Virus record (IMG/VR): IMGVR_UViG_3300026522_000019
Length of the DNA: 5,145 bases
Reading direction: 5' to 3' (one strand)
Source: a virus
Positions 4,542 through 5,145 of the stretch are shown piece after piece. A program made the position numbers and the translations under genes. Within the stretch, counting starts at the first letter, position 1. Every line of letters begins with the position of its first letter. The notes under the pieces were generated by a model that made no database searches, was not told where the DNA came from, and was given only the letters and a program-made list of their open reading frames with translations.

Positions 4542-4597
4542 CGGGTGTCACCATACGAAAAGAGAAAACAGTATAACGGCAGCACCCAGGAGGAAAA

Positions 4598-4891
4598 TTA
4601 GGCCTCGTCCGAATCTCGGGCAAAGCTCGGACGAGTAAGATGATACTTGTCATAAAGGTCCGAAACGGAACAAATCAGTTTTGGGGACTTAATAGTAGAA
4701 ACAACCATAGAATCACGGTCGAAATCACAAATTTTATAAATGTCGTAATCTTCCGGGAAAGTACCAAAAATAGTCGTACCATTAATGAGCATACTCTGAA
4801 CAAACCAACGCTCAAATTCCTCAACATTTACGGCATCCTTAACAAACACAGAAAAAGCAGTTTTACGATCGCGAAGTGCAAAGATTTCCAT
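4598..4891 (-). CDS. 97-aa conserved-looking non-structural protein (VP5/ORF5-like by position and size)
   Basis: Track ORF. ATG 4891-4889 is preceded by GAGAGGAAAA, and the VP4 TGA stop lies inside this SD. Translation starts MEIFALRDRKTAFSVF...EEFERWF...FPEDYDIYKICDFDRDS. This resembles the small protein that follows VP4 in many gokushovirus genomes. That family resemblance is recalled, not searched. Confidence 0.7.
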   Translation of the reverse strand: MEIFALRDRKTAFSVFVKDAVNVEEFERWFVQSMLINGTTIFGTFPEDYDIYKICDFDRDSMVVSTIKSPKLICSVSDLYDKYHLTRPSFARDSDEA

Positions 4892-4901
4892 AATTTTCCT
4901 C

Positions 4902-5145
4902 TCATTCTATCGGTCTAATCAACTTTTTGGCAACCTCCTTCTGGTGTTGCTCTTTTTGGAGAAGGCGCGTGACCGATTCATTTTTTACCGTCGCCTTCCT
5001 CTGCGCCTTAAGTATATGATACTTTTCGGCGTCTGTCAAATGTAAATATTCATCATAATACGCTGGCGGTCGGGTAATCATACCATCAGGCAAAACAACT
5101 TTATCATAATTATAGACATCATTAAAATACTTAACAATCCAATCA
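4902..5145 (-). CDS. VP4: VP4 Rep C-terminal portion: the last 38 codons plus TGA are unique (4902-5018), and 5019-5145 duplicates window nt 1-127
   Basis: Same frame as the 1..774 segment once the 127-nt overlap is collapsed. The protein ends ...YHILKAQRKATVKNESVTRLLQKEQHQKEVAKKLIRPIE followed by TGA (4904-4902). The M of the track ORF at 5093 is an internal TTG Leu codon, not a start. Confidence 0.9.
   Translation of the reverse strand, partial: DWIVKYFNDVYNYDKVVLPDGMITRPPAYYDEYLHLTDAEKYHILKAQRKATVKNESVTRLLQKEQHQKEVAKKLIRPIE
5019..5145. repeat. Terminal redundancy, copy 2 (identical to 1-127)
   Basis: Same as copy 1. Confidence 0.9.

Larger units (their letters stand above)
1..5018 (-). 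mobile_element. One unit length of a circular ssDNA Microviridae (Gokushovirinae-like) phage genome, given as the complement of the coding strand
   Basis: nt 1-127 match nt 5019-5145 base for base, so the unique length is 5018 nt. The Rep ORF is continuous across the junction. The gokushovirus gene set (VP4, VP5-like, VP3, VP1, VP2, small basic protein) is all on the minus strand with compact junctions. No phiX-type G spike or D external scaffold genes are seen. Confidence 0.9.

Noticed and set aside
4256-4585. 109-aa minus-strand ORF (GTG start) covering almost the whole non-coding hub. It gives KFLE/SSWK/VPGK peptide repeats and is in frame with the Cys-rich ORF, separated only by a TGA stop and three further codons.
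   Set aside because: There is no SD (a pyrimidine tract precedes the GTG). It reads through a strong terminator hairpin and the 17-bp inverted repeat. Its T-ending codon bias looked clearly weaker than in real genes. The repeat unit has no stop in any frame, so openness is automatic, and the 11/12-nt mixture scrambles the peptide repeat. It is worth revisiting only if relatives conserve the frame. The 85-aa ORF 4396..4653 is rejected for similar reasons.
4247-4597. dif-like XerC/XerD site, which would indicate a lysogenic gokushovirus
   Set aside because: I found no convincing match by eye to the E. coli-type dif arms (…ATAA / TTATGTTAAAT) on either strand. Only AT-rich fragments such as TAATAACATG were seen. 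A proper profile search against the host-specific dif site would be needed.
4245-4601. 118-aa plus-strand ORF through the repeats, and the other plus-strand track ORFs (968..1177, 1667..1951, 1985..2437, 2223..2468, 2726..3016, 3458..3730, 3790..4095, 4640..4918)
   Set aside because: All are antisense to well-supported genes or regulatory structures. Microviridae express genes from one strand only. None has a recognisable SD or family motif, and the translations are low-complexity and basic, typical of antisense frames.
1-5145. 127-bp identical ends as LTRs or terminal repeats of a mobile element or prophage att sites
   Set aside because: The repeats are direct and exact, and they lie inside the Rep coding frame, which is continuous across the join. 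The length equals a standard assembler k-mer, so this is a circular-contig overlap.

Overview
The window is one complete, circularly permuted Microviridae (Gokushovirinae-like) ssDNA phage genome of about 5,018 nt, shown as the complement of the coding strand. Nt 1-127 are identical to nt 5019-5145, an assembly overlap, and the replication-initiator ORF reads straight across that junction. All credible genes are on the minus strand. Their order is VP4 Rep (774->1, continuing 5018->4902), VP5-like 97-aa protein, a 351-nt non-coding hub (4597->4247), a 70-aa Cys-rich ORF, VP3 scaffold, a 161-nt spacer, VP1 major capsid, VP2 pilot/minor capsid, and a 38-aa basic J/VP8-like protein, then back to VP4. 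Most genes have Shine-Dalgarno motifs and tight or overlapping junctions. The core genes are ordinary for this family. The unusual material lies in the two non-coding regions and the accessory ORF. (1) Ten tandem 11/12-bp repeats carry a TTCC-N-GGAA dyad and are bracketed by 13-bp direct repeats. (2) Next to them are a 17-bp-stem inverted repeat with G6/C6 runs and a canonical intrinsic terminator. (3) A zinc-ribbon-like small ORF follows directly. (4) A perfect 13-bp hairpin in the VP3-VP1 spacer has a sense-strand loop containing the phiX174 origin core ACTTGAT. No lysis gene is recognisable. Several hydrophobic +1-frame ORFs embedded in VP4, VP2 and VP1 are noted as weak candidates. All functional assignments come from reading translated motifs by eye. 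No database search was run.
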